From: Spirochaetota bacterium
GTDB taxonomy: Bacteria > Spirochaetota > GWB1-36-13 > JAKPDD01
NCBI GenBank assembly: GCA_029552945.1
Contig: JAKPDD010000046.1
Span: 8,366-72,365, forward strand
Direction of reading: 5' to 3'
DNA length: 64,000 bases
Under the pieces are notes generated by a model. It saw nothing but the letters and a program-made list of their open reading frames with translations. It was not told the origin of the DNA and did no database searches. The position numbers and the translations under genes were made by a program. Below are positions 48,168 to 57,830 of the stretch, in pieces (within the stretch, counting starts at the first letter, position 1; each line of letters opens with the position of its first letter).

Positions 48168-49448
48168 TTAAAGATATTTTCTTGGGTCTGTTATTTTACC
48201 CTCTATTGCTGTAGCAGCAGCAGTTGCAGGTGATGCTAAATGTACCATGCCGCCCTTACCCATTCGCCCATTAAAGTTTCTGTTAGTTGTAGCCACAGCA
48301 ACTTCACCCGGTGCAAGTACCCCATTACTCATGCCAAGACATGCACCACATGTTGGGTTTGTTACACTTACTTCAGCTTCCATTAAGATGTCGATTATTC
48401 CTTCCTTTAAAGCTTGATTAAATATTTTTGGTGTTGCAGGTGATACTATTACTCTCACATCTGGATTTATTTTTCTTCCTTTAAGGATTTTGGCAACTAC
48501 TCTAAGGTCATCAAGCCTGCCATTAGTACAACTACCTATATATACCTGATCAACTTTTTTGCCTTCAAGTTCTTTTACTGGTTTTACAACATCAGGCTTA
48601 TACTCATCAGTTATCATTGGCTCCAATTTTGATACATCTATTTTTATAATTTTTTCATAAACAGCATCTTCATCTGGCCACCACTTTTTAAAATCGTTTA
48701 ATGCCTCTTTTTTTGACTTATACTCATTTTTTATAAAAGGCCATAAATATTCAACTGTTTCCTCATCAGGGTATACTATTCCACTTGTTCCACCAGCTTC
48801 TATTGCCATGTTTGTTATTGTCATTCTCTCATCCATAGTCATTTTTCTTATTGCAGAACCAGTAAACTCAATTACCCTGTCTGTTGCACCGTTTACACCA
48901 AGTGTTTTGATAATGTATAAAATAACATCCTTTGAATAAACTCCTTTAGGTAATTTTCCATCAACCTCAATTTTTATTGTTTTTGGGTCTTTAAATGCAC
49001 ATACCCCTTTTAATATCCCACCTTCAAGGTCTGTTGTACCAACTCCTGCAGCAAATGCACCAAATGCACCATGGGTACATGTATGTGAGTCACCCATTAT
49101 TATGGTATATCCTGGTCTAACAAACCCTTTTTCTGGGAATATTGCATGGCATACACCATTTCTTCCAACATCAAAAAAGTCTTTTATACCATGTTTTTTT
49201 GCCCATTCTCTTAATATTTTATGTTGTATTGCTGTTTGTGTGTCTTTTGCAGGTGTGACATGGTCAATTACAAGTTTTATCTTGTCAGGATTAAAAACCC
49301 TGTCTTTTCCTTTTGCCTGAAGGTCTAATATTGCAGGTGGTGTTGTAACCTCATGTCCAAATACAAGGTCAAGCGATATTATGTTAATATCTTCAATTTT
49401 CTCTATCAGGTGTTTTTCAAAAATCTTTTCAACAACAGTTTTTCCCAT
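48168..49448 (-). CDS. Aconitase-family dehydratase large subunit (3-isopropylmalate dehydratase / homoaconitase LeuC-type, short form).
   Basis: 426 aa. DHVTPAKD, IMGDSHTCTHGAFGAFAAGVGTTD and GSCTNGRLDDL match the [4Fe-4S] cysteine ligands and substrate motifs of LeuC/HACN large subunits. No small subunit is adjacent. Confidence 0.8.
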   Translation of the reverse strand: MGKTVVEKIFEKHLIEKIEDINIISLDLVFGHEVTTPPAILDLQAKGKDRVFNPDKIKLVIDHVTPAKDTQTAIQHKILREWAKKHGIKDFFDVGRNGVCHAIFPEKGFVRPGYTIIMGDSHTCTHGAFGAFAAGVGTTDLEGGILKGVCAFKDPKTIKIEVDGKLPKGVYSKDVILYIIKTLGVNGATDRVIEFTGSAIRKMTMDERMTITNMAIEAGGTSGIVYPDEETVEYLWPFIKNEYKSKKEALNDFKKWWPDEDAVYEKIIKIDVSKLEPMITDEYKPDVVKPVKELEGKKVDQVYIGSCTNGRLDDLRVVAKILKGRKINPDVRVIVSPATPKIFNQALKEGIIDILMEAEVSVTNPTCGACLGMSNGVLAPGEVAVATTNRNFNGRMGKGGMVHLASPATAAATAIEGKITDPRKYL

Positions 49449-49556
49449 TTTGGCCTCTTTAATAGTTTATTTTTTGTTTTTTTGTGCTTAAATTTGTTCT
49501 TTAAATTTAACTTAAGAGATTAAATAAGTTAAAAAATTTATAGTGGGGTAATTTTT

Positions 49557-50858
49557 ATGAAAAGAGTTATTTTATTGTTAATTCTTGTTAGTTTTTTACC
49601 ATTTTTTTCTATTAGCGGACAGAATGAAAGTAATAGTGACATTTTTAATCTTATTAGGACTGATAGAGATAAAGCTATTGGTTATATCGGTAATTTAAAT
49701 AAGACAGATATTTTAAGTATAAAAGATAGTAAAGGTAGGGGAATAATTAACCATGCAACATCACTTAACGATATTTCTCTTGTTCAATTATTGTTATCAA
49801 AAGGTATTGATATAAACTTCAAAGATGATCTTGGTTTTACTGCACTTCATGATGCTGTAATATCTTCGAATAAGGATATGGTCCTTTTTTTGTTATCAAA
49901 GGGTGCTAATCCAAATATTGGTGATAATAGAGGTATTACACCTCTAATGTTTGCGATAAAAAACGGAGAAGAGCAGATATTTAGAATACTTTTGCCGGTA
50001 ACTAATAAATATACTAAAGACCTAGCAGAAAAAAACGTTCTACACTATTGTGTTTATTATAATAGAGTTGATATGCTTAAAGTTATAATAAATGATTATA
50101 AACTGCTTATTAATCAGAAAGACAATATAGGAAGGACACCTTTACACTATGCAGCTTCTTTAGGTAATATTGAAATTGTTAAAATACTTCTTGAGAATGG
50201 TGCTAATCCAAATATACTTGATTATTCTAATGATTATAGAAGGACAGCTTTAGATTATACTACGAATGAAGAGGTAAGGAAATTAATAACTAATTATGGT
50301 GGTGAAAACGGAAAGTATTCCTATGTAAATAAAGTGGCTTTTGGTCCTACATTTTATACAACTGACTTTGATAGTCCTATATATTATTATGGTGGTGGAT
50401 TTGAATTATATCTTGATAAGTCTGTAAGCTTATACTGGACGTTTGCGTATGGAGAAAATAGTGGTTACAAAAATTATAAATTGGGTGGTATTTATTTTGC
50501 ATTGCATAATATTTTCACTCTTTTTAAAACAAATTATGACAAGGAGTATAATGAAAAGAATTTTCTTTTTAAAGCCCTTCTTGTACTTTCTGCTATATCA
50601 CCAGAAGGTATATATATAAACTTTTATGTAAATGATTACCCTTTTATTTTTTATAGTATATATGCAGGCTTTGCTGGGCTTGATATGGCAAGTTCTCCGT
50701 ATGACAAAGACTTTTATGTGAGTGGTGCTATAGGTGGTAGGGGTGGGATTATTCCTATAGATGATTTAAGAATAACTTTATTTTTTAATTTGAGACTTAC
50801 ATATAACACAGGTAATGGTGGTTACGAAATGGGGGGAGGAATCTCTTATAAATTTTAA
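49557..50858 (+). CDS. Secreted ankyrin-repeat protein with a C-terminal beta-barrel-like (putative outer membrane) domain.
   Basis: 433 aa with a signal peptide. There are at least 5 ankyrin repeats (GFTALHDAVISSNKDMVLFLLSKGANPN, GITPLMFAIKNGEE, GRTPLHYAASLGNIEIVKILLENGANPN). The C-terminal 200 aa or so have an alternating aromatic/Gly pattern ending ...GGGISYKF. Confidence 0.7.
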   Translation: MKRVILLLILVSFLPFFSISGQNESNSDIFNLIRTDRDKAIGYIGNLNKTDILSIKDSKGRGIINHATSLNDISLVQLLLSKGIDINFKDDLGFTALHDAVISSNKDMVLFLLSKGANPNIGDNRGITPLMFAIKNGEEQIFRILLPVTNKYTKDLAEKNVLHYCVYYNRVDMLKVIINDYKLLINQKDNIGRTPLHYAASLGNIEIVKILLENGANPNILDYSNDYRRTALDYTTNEEVRKLITNYGGENGKYSYVNKVAFGPTFYTTDFDSPIYYYGGGFELYLDKSVSLYWTFAYGENSGYKNYKLGGIYFALHNIFTLFKTNYDKEYNEKNFLFKALLVLSAISPEGIYINFYVNDYPFIFYSIYAGFAGLDMASSPYDKDFYVSGAIGGRGGIIPIDDLRITLFFNLRLTYNTGNGGYEMGGGISYKF

Positions 50859-50901
50859 TTTTTTATAAAACTATAAATAAATATTTTTTTGAGGGGTTTT
50901 T

Positions 50902-52734
50902 ATGAACCTTAGAAAAGAACTTAATTTTTTAGGAATATTTTCTCTTGCAACAGGTGCTATGATAAGTTCTGGATTGTTTGTACTCCCAGGTTTTGCTTAT
51001 AATATTGGTGGTGCATCTATATTTTTAGCCTATCTTATAGGTGGGATTATAGCAATTTTAGGTCTTTTTTCTGAAGTTGAGATAGCAACAGCAATGCCAA
51101 AAGCAGGTGGAAGTTATTTTTATATAACAAGGATAATGGGTCCTGCTGTAGGTAGTATAAATGAAATTGTTACATGGTTTACTCTTACTTTAAAAACATC
51201 GTTTGCAATTGTTGGTATGTCAGCCTTTTTGCAATATATAGGTAATATTGACTTTAGAATAGCAGGGGTTGTTACTAGTATTATTTTTTGTATAGTAAAC
51301 CTTTTTGGTATCAAAGACTCAGTTAGGATTCAAATTTACCTTGCTACTTTTTTAATTGCAATACTTTCTTTTTTTATATTTAAAGGTCTTTCTTACATAA
51401 AACTTGAAAACTTTGACCCTTTTTTCAAAGATATGAGTATTTTTTCAACTGTTGGTTTTGTTTTTGTTTCTTATGGGGGACTCCTTAATATAACGAGTGT
51501 ATCAGAAGAGGTTAAAGATCCTGGTAAAAATATTCCCAGGGGTATGTTTGTTTCTGCTATTTTAACAACAATATTGTATACTTTTGTTGTATTGATTACT
51601 GTTGGTGTTTTAGGTCCAAGGCTTGTATCAGGTGAAAATGGTATTACTCTTACTCCAATATCTGATGCTGCTCACACTTTTTTAGGTACTCCAGGTGAGG
51701 TTCTTTTAGGTATAGCTGCTATACTTGCATTTGTTTCAACTGCTAATGCTGGAATAATGGCAGCCTCAAGATATCCTTTTTCTTTAAGTAGGGATGGTCT
51801 TTTACCAAAATTATTTTCTAATGTAAATAAAAAAAATATTCCATATGTTTCTGTATTGACTACAACGCTTATTGTAATACTAACAATATTTATTGAACTT
51901 GATTTTTTAGTTAAAGCAGCATCTACAGTAGTTGTGTCAGGTTATATTATGTCAAGTTTGGGTGTTATAGTATTAAGAGAAAGTAAAATATTAAACTACC
52001 ATCCTTTGTTTAGGTCTCCTTTTTATCCTTACATACAAATAACTACTATAATAATAGCTGTTTTTCTTATTGTTGAGATTGGTATTACTGCATTTTTGAC
52101 TACTTTAGGATTAATTTTATTAAGTGGTTTGTTTTATATATTTTATGGGAGTAAAAAGAGAATTGAAGAGTATGCTCTCCTTTACTTAATTGAAAGAATA
52201 ACCAATAAGCAACTTGTAACAAGAAGGCTTGAAAATGAACTTAAGATGATAATAAGAGAGAGAGATAATATAACTAAGGATAGGTTTGATATGATAGTTG
52301 AGAAAGCATGTGTACTTGATACAGATGCAACTACTGCTGATAATCTATTTAAAGAGATTGCAGTTTTATTGTCTGATAAAATTGATCTTGATAAAGAAAA
52401 AATATATAAGTTACTTAAAGAAAGGGAAGAGGAGAGTAGTACTGCTATAACGAATTTTCTTGCTATACCACATATAATTATAGAGGGTTCAAATAAGTTT
52501 TATATTGTTCTTGCAAGATCAAAAAATGGTGTATTTTTTTCTGACAATTATCCTTCTATTAAAGCTATTTTTGTACTTATCGGAACAAAAGATGAAAGGA
52601 ATTTTCACTTAAAGGCTTTATCATTTATTGCCCAAATAGTCAAAAATAAAGATTTTGAAAAAAAGTGGATATCTGCAACTAGTGAGGAAGGACTTAAAGA
52701 TGTTGTAATACTAAGTGAAAGAGTAAGAGATTGA
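50902..52734 (+). CDS. APC-superfamily amino acid permease fused to a C-terminal PTS EIIA(Ntr)-type (EIIA-2) domain.
   Basis: 610 aa. The N-terminal 420 aa or so form a 12-TM APC core (GAMISSGLFVLPG ... FSEVEIATAMPKAGGSYFY). The C-terminal region has NFLAIPHIIIEG...AIFVLIGTKDE, which is EIIA-2-like with the conserved His. Confidence 0.75.
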   Translation: MNLRKELNFLGIFSLATGAMISSGLFVLPGFAYNIGGASIFLAYLIGGIIAILGLFSEVEIATAMPKAGGSYFYITRIMGPAVGSINEIVTWFTLTLKTSFAIVGMSAFLQYIGNIDFRIAGVVTSIIFCIVNLFGIKDSVRIQIYLATFLIAILSFFIFKGLSYIKLENFDPFFKDMSIFSTVGFVFVSYGGLLNITSVSEEVKDPGKNIPRGMFVSAILTTILYTFVVLITVGVLGPRLVSGENGITLTPISDAAHTFLGTPGEVLLGIAAILAFVSTANAGIMAASRYPFSLSRDGLLPKLFSNVNKKNIPYVSVLTTTLIVILTIFIELDFLVKAASTVVVSGYIMSSLGVIVLRESKILNYHPLFRSPFYPYIQITTIIIAVFLIVEIGITAFLTTLGLILLSGLFYIFYGSKKRIEEYALLYLIERITNKQLVTRRLENELKMIIRERDNITKDRFDMIVEKACVLDTDATTADNLFKEIAVLLSDKIDLDKEKIYKLLKEREEESSTAITNFLAIPHIIIEGSNKFYIVLARSKNGVFFSDNYPSIKAIFVLIGTKDERNFHLKALSFIAQIVKNKDFEKKWISATSEEGLKDVVILSERVRD

Positions 52735-53498
52735 AAAAAATATTTCTTTCTTTATTACTGTTTTTTTTATCTCTTACTTTATTTTCTATCGATAAAAAAA
52801 TAGTTTCTCTTACACCTGCAATAACATCTATACTTATAGATATTGGTTATTCTGACAATATTGTTGGTGTAACTTCAAATGATTTTTTTTTAAAAAGAAC
52901 AGTTATTGGAACTATAATAAATATAAATGAAGAGAAAATTATTCTCTTATCACCTGATATTATAATCTATCAAGACTTTCAAGAGTTTTTAGTAAGTGGA
53001 TTAAAGAATATACTTAGAAAAAAAGAGTTTATAAGACTTAATATAAAAGATGTTAATTCTATATTCAATGAAACTAAGAAGATATTAAATTATCTTGGTA
53101 AAAGTCAGAGAGAATTGAATAGGTGGATGGACGATTATAAACGTGAAATTAACAAATGTAAAAATTCTATAAATAAAAATTTTAAATACATATTTATAGT
53201 TGATAGAGACCCTGATTTTAAGAGTATCTTTGTAAGTGGTAATAGTAGCTTTATATCAGAAATTTTAAACTCTATAGGTGGGATAAATATTATTGAATCT
53301 AATAGAGATTATATAAAAATTAACCAGGAATTTTTACTTTCTTTGGATGGTGTTGTTGTATTTGATAGTTCATTTAATAAATTTTACAATAATAAACTAT
53401 TTTATGAAAAATATTTAGTAATTGATAATAAAAATATTACAATACCAGACCTTAGACTTAATGAAAAGGTTAAATATTTATGTGGTTTATTAAAGTAA
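52731..53498 (+). CDS. Periplasmic substrate-binding protein, class III (BtuF/siderophore-type) ABC SBP fold.
   Basis: 255 aa with a signal peptide. KKIVSLTPAITSILIDIGYSDNIVGVT is the BtuF-like N-lobe signature. The start overlaps the stop of the upstream permease (ATGA). No cognate permease or ATPase is adjacent. Confidence 0.5.
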   Translation: MKKIFLSLLLFFLSLTLFSIDKKIVSLTPAITSILIDIGYSDNIVGVTSNDFFLKRTVIGTIININEEKIILLSPDIIIYQDFQEFLVSGLKNILRKKEFIRLNIKDVNSIFNETKKILNYLGKSQRELNRWMDDYKREINKCKNSINKNFKYIFIVDRDPDFKSIFVSGNSSFISEILNSIGGINIIESNRDYIKINQEFLLSLDGVVVFDSSFNKFYNNKLFYEKYLVIDNKNITIPDLRLNEKVKYLCGLLK

Positions 53499-56020
53499 TA
53501 GTTTTATTTTTTTCTCTTGTATTTTTTTCTTTTTCACTTTACTCTGAAGAGGTTGTTATAAAAAATGCTGATAAAATTTCATACATAAGAAAAAAAGATG
53601 AAGCAGGATATACTAAGATTGAACTTTATGGTAATGTATATATTATCTACAAAGATAAAAACATTTTTACTGATAGACTTGTGATAAAGTTTTTTAACGA
53701 TGAACCAAAAGAGATAATAGGTGACGGCAATGTAATGATTGAGGATAAAAACTCAATAGTAATAGGAAACAAGTTTTTTTATTATCTTGAATCTGAAAAG
53801 CAGGTAGTTTATGAAGCACAAACATATAATAAACCTTATTTTATAAGAGGTGATTATTTTAAGTTTATTGATAAAAATAATTTTATAGCGTCAGATATAA
53901 GTTTCTCAAACTGTGAGATGTTTTATCCCCATTATTCTATATCAGCAAAAAAGGCATGGATATATAAGGATGATAAAGACTTTTTCTTTGGTTTCAGTTT
54001 GAAAGCAGGGCAGGACCCTATATTTTATTTTCCTTTTATGTACAAATCATATTATGGGACAGGTATTATAACATCAATTGGTAATGAGACAATAGGGTGG
54101 TTTGTAAATAATACTTATAAGACAAAAGGGCAGTCTTATGACTTTAAGTTTATGTTTGATCATTATCAAAGGTTAGGTGAATATTTTGGTATAAATTATA
54201 AACTTAACGGAACTCCTGGTCTTGATATTAAAACATCTCTGATATATGATAAACACATAAAATATACAGGAACAGATTTTACAAACTTTTTTGAAGAGGT
54301 AAGTGGGGAGGGGCCTGTATCTGGCAGGTCAATGAGGTATAAGGTAGATGTTAACCTTACAGATAATATACTTAATGGTGATAATATACTTTCTCTTAAC
54401 ACTTCTATGAATATAAAATATTTTGAGACAAGTGATCCTTTTATTCAAAGTCAATATGAAACAAGAAGGCTTGAGACTTTTGATGCTAATAAAATACTTT
54501 TTCCCCAGGAGTCACCATCTTCTATGGCATTACAGAGTGGTGGTACAGGACAAGGTAGGACAATATATTTTGCTTTGAATAATACTTTTTATGGTTTTTC
54601 ACTTAATCTTATTGGTGATTTTAAATGGATACTTTCTATGAGTGATAACCCTTCTGAAGCCAGAAACCCTTATAAACCAGATTATTATAAAAATTATAAG
54701 TCTTCAATAACATTCCCTAGTATTAATTTTTCGAAGTCTTTTAGCTTATTTAATATTAACTCAGATAATTTTAAATGGCCATTTTCTTTAAGTTTATCAG
54801 GTAATTATGTTGATACAAAAAGTTATTCACTTGGGGATATAACATCAGAGTCTTTGAATAGGGGTATTACAACAAATCTTAATATGCCTTTGACATACAA
54901 TTTTAGCAACTATAGTTTAATTTCTAGTTTTGCTATTTCTAATATTATAAACATTGGGGATACATCCTCTTACAGTTCTGGGGTTTTATCTAGAGAAATG
55001 AGAACATCAGATATTACAACAAACTTTAATAATCCTATATCTTTTAATGCAAAGTTTAATACTTCATCTTTAACATCGTCTGTTCCACTTACATTTTCTT
55101 ATAAGATTTACAAACAAGAAACAAAGAATCCAACAATAACTGACATAGATAGTGATAGATTAAATAGTTATAAGTATTATTCTTATAATATTGGTACAGA
55201 TACCAAATACAGTTTTTTAGAGGATTATGAATATCTTAACTCTTCAATACAAGCAAGAATGACTTATTCATATTCAAAAAAGTATGACCTGCCTCCATCT
55301 ATCTATAATACTACATCGACTTATAATTATTTTGCATCGTTTAATACATTAATGTCTTCTATTACGTTTTCTACGTTTACCAATACATCTCCTGGTGTTA
55401 CGGGTGAAAGCAGAGAGGGGCCTATTAATATTGGATTTCAGAGTCAAATTATCCCTTTTTTTTCAGTATCAAATAATCATGTTTATAGTAGATATGAGAA
55501 AAGAAGTAAGACCAATGACTTTTCTATTACATCATCTATTAAGGCAAAAACTGATATTTTTGATAATTTCTGGTTAAATAGTTTTTCATTTACTCTAAGG
55601 TGGTATAAAGACTATATTAACTTTAGGTCTGATTATATAAATTATAATATGTCCATAAATTTTAATATTACAAGATTATGGGAATTAAGTTTTGTATTTT
55701 CAGGACAGAATAATAGATTGTACTATTATACTGATAAGGTGAGTAAACAAGAGAGAAGAGACTTTTTTGATGATCTTATAAAGTCTTTGAAAATATGGTC
55801 TATAAAGGACAGAGAATATACATACTTTAAAATGAACTCTTTTGGTTTTAATGTAAAACATAACCTTCACAAATGGTATTTTGAGTTTACATCATCTTTC
55901 ACACCAAGGCTTGATCCTAATGGTTCCTTTTATTTTGAAAGTCTTATAGGTTTTAAACTAGTATTAACAGAAATACCTGGACTTTCACCACCAGAGATAA
56001 AAAAGGAATATGGAAAATGA
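53480..56020 (+). CDS. lptD: LPS-assembly protein LptD (OstA).
   Basis: 846 aa with a signal peptide. An N-terminal OstA/LptA-like beta-jellyroll (ADKISYIRK...GNVYIIYKD...GDGNVMIEDKN) is followed by a conserved PIFYFPFMY segment, equivalent to the E. coli PVPIFYSPY. A large C-terminal Ser/Asn/Tyr-rich beta-barrel follows. Confidence 0.7.
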   Translation: MWFIKVIVLFFSLVFFSFSLYSEEVVIKNADKISYIRKKDEAGYTKIELYGNVYIIYKDKNIFTDRLVIKFFNDEPKEIIGDGNVMIEDKNSIVIGNKFFYYLESEKQVVYEAQTYNKPYFIRGDYFKFIDKNNFIASDISFSNCEMFYPHYSISAKKAWIYKDDKDFFFGFSLKAGQDPIFYFPFMYKSYYGTGIITSIGNETIGWFVNNTYKTKGQSYDFKFMFDHYQRLGEYFGINYKLNGTPGLDIKTSLIYDKHIKYTGTDFTNFFEEVSGEGPVSGRSMRYKVDVNLTDNILNGDNILSLNTSMNIKYFETSDPFIQSQYETRRLETFDANKILFPQESPSSMALQSGGTGQGRTIYFALNNTFYGFSLNLIGDFKWILSMSDNPSEARNPYKPDYYKNYKSSITFPSINFSKSFSLFNINSDNFKWPFSLSLSGNYVDTKSYSLGDITSESLNRGITTNLNMPLTYNFSNYSLISSFAISNIINIGDTSSYSSGVLSREMRTSDITTNFNNPISFNAKFNTSSLTSSVPLTFSYKIYKQETKNPTITDIDSDRLNSYKYYSYNIGTDTKYSFLEDYEYLNSSIQARMTYSYSKKYDLPPSIYNTTSTYNYFASFNTLMSSITFSTFTNTSPGVTGESREGPINIGFQSQIIPFFSVSNNHVYSRYEKRSKTNDFSITSSIKAKTDIFDNFWLNSFSFTLRWYKDYINFRSDYINYNMSINFNITRLWELSFVFSGQNNRLYYYTDKVSKQERRDFFDDLIKSLKIWSIKDREYTYFKMNSFGFNVKHNLHKWYFEFTSSFTPRLDPNGSFYFESLIGFKLVLTEIPGLSPPEIKKEYGK

Positions 56021-56862
56021 AATATATAAAGACTGCTGATAATAGTTTAACATTGTACTCTGAAGAATATCAAGAGACTTATCATACAGTAGCAGGTGCA
56101 TACTCTGAAGCAATTAATAAGTTTATAGAACCATCTGGGATACTCGATTGTCCTGATAATAAAAGGCTCCTTGATATTGGTTTTGGACTTGGGTATAACT
56201 CTTTTGTGCTTTTAGACCTTTTATTGAATAAAAAGAGTGATATTAGTTTTAGTATATATTCTGTGGAAAAAAATAAAAGTCTACTATCTTACTGTTTTTT
56301 TGAAAAGTATGCTGAATATTATAAGAGACTTGAAAAAGATGGTGAGTTTAAAATAAATAACATATATTTTAAACTTTTTATAGGTGATGCAAGATTAATA
56401 ATAAAAAATTTTGAAAAAAAATTTTTTGATCTTGTTTTTTTAGACCCATTTTCACCCCCTAAGAATCCTGAGTTATGGACACTCCAGTTTTTTAGAAATA
56501 TCAAAAGTCTGTTAAAAGATGATGGTAAGGTCTTAACATATTCTTCTGCACTTCCAGTAATATCTGCTTTTTTAAAAGCAGGTTTTTATGTTGGTTATAC
56601 CCCAGGTTTTGGAAGAAAAAGAGGGGGATTAATAGCTTCTCTTAAAAAAGAGGATATTAAAAAAGAGTTGACTGAAGATGATTATTTTCTTGTCAAAAAC
56701 TCCGCAAGAGCAATTCCTAATTATGATAAGGGTTTATGGGATAAAGATAAAATAGTTGAGTATAGAAATAAATTAATCAGTATGGCAAAATTATACCATA
56801 TTCGTATGCCACACAAAAAGGCTTTGTCTCTACTTAAAAAGAATATTAAAACTTGTTCTTAA
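56017..56862 (+). CDS. MnmC-like SAM-dependent methyltransferase domain protein (tRNA mnm5U34 pathway, DUF752-type).
   Basis: 281 aa. DLVFLDPFSPPKNPELWTLQFF and GFGRKRGGLIASL closely match the conserved motifs of the MnmC methyltransferase domain. The start overlaps the lptD stop. Confidence 0.6.
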   Translation: MKYIKTADNSLTLYSEEYQETYHTVAGAYSEAINKFIEPSGILDCPDNKRLLDIGFGLGYNSFVLLDLLLNKKSDISFSIYSVEKNKSLLSYCFFEKYAEYYKRLEKDGEFKINNIYFKLFIGDARLIIKNFEKKFFDLVFLDPFSPPKNPELWTLQFFRNIKSLLKDDGKVLTYSSALPVISAFLKAGFYVGYTPGFGRKRGGLIASLKKEDIKKELTEDDYFLVKNSARAIPNYDKGLWDKDKIVEYRNKLISMAKLYHIRMPHKKALSLLKKNIKTCS

Positions 56863-56930
56863 TGATTCTTTTTCTCATTATTTTTAAATATTATCCGATT
56901 TAGAAATAATGTTTTTTTGGGGAGGAAATA

Positions 56931-57830
56931 ATGGAATTGTATATAAATAATAATAAGGTTGATTATAGGTTAAACAATGAAAAGTCTTTAAATGAGGTAG
57001 TTAATTTTTTGAAAACATGGGTAAGTACTCAGGGTGGGTTTATTAAAGATATTTTGGTTAATGGTAATAATATTGAGAGTATATCTGATATAAAGCTTGA
57101 AGATATAAAAAGGATGGATGTTATAGTAAGTTCAGCAATAAATGAAGTTGAAGAAACAGTTCCAGTCTTAAAAGATTATATTCAAAGATTTATAGAAAAT
57201 ATTGAATCACCATACTTTACAGACGACAAGAACGAGAAAATAGAGGGTATTTTATGGGTAATAGATGCTATAACTCTTACTGTTAAGTCTTTAAAACTTG
57301 ATCCTTCATACATATATTACAATGGTAGGAGTCTTGATGAGATTATTAACTTTCTCTCTATAAGTTTAAAGACTATTATTGAAAATATCCATAATACTGA
57401 GTTTTTTAAGACATATTTTATTGAAGGAATAAAACCTAAATTATCAGATCTTATTTTATATATAGAGAGAATAATTGATTTTTATAACTTTATTGTTGGG
57501 AAAAATAATGAGTTTTTAAAATCTATAATTTCAGAAATTGATATTTTTAAAAACAGTATTTCTGGGTTTGCTTTAATGATTAATGAGGGTAGAGATAGAG
57601 ATGTTTTAGTATTTATTCAAAAATTGCTTAAGTTTTTTGAGTTTTTAATGCTTGTTTTATCTTTAAGATCTTATGATATATCCTCATATCATGAAAGTAT
57701 AATAAACTCTTTTAACAGTGTATATGAATATTTTAAGGAAAAGGATTATGTTAGTGTAATAGATATTATTGAATATGAGATATCAGAAAAACTTGATAGG
57801 ATTAGAGATGATATTTTAAAGGTTTGTTAA
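56931..57830 (+). CDS. Hypothetical cytoplasmic protein.
   Basis: 299 aa with no recognisable motifs. Its stop overlaps the start of the downstream ABC ATPase. Confidence 0.3.
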   Translation: MELYINNNKVDYRLNNEKSLNEVVNFLKTWVSTQGGFIKDILVNGNNIESISDIKLEDIKRMDVIVSSAINEVEETVPVLKDYIQRFIENIESPYFTDDKNEKIEGILWVIDAITLTVKSLKLDPSYIYYNGRSLDEIINFLSISLKTIIENIHNTEFFKTYFIEGIKPKLSDLILYIERIIDFYNFIVGKNNEFLKSIISEIDIFKNSISGFALMINEGRDRDVLVFIQKLLKFFEFLMLVLSLRSYDISSYHESIINSFNSVYEYFKEKDYVSVIDIIEYEISEKLDRIRDDILKVC

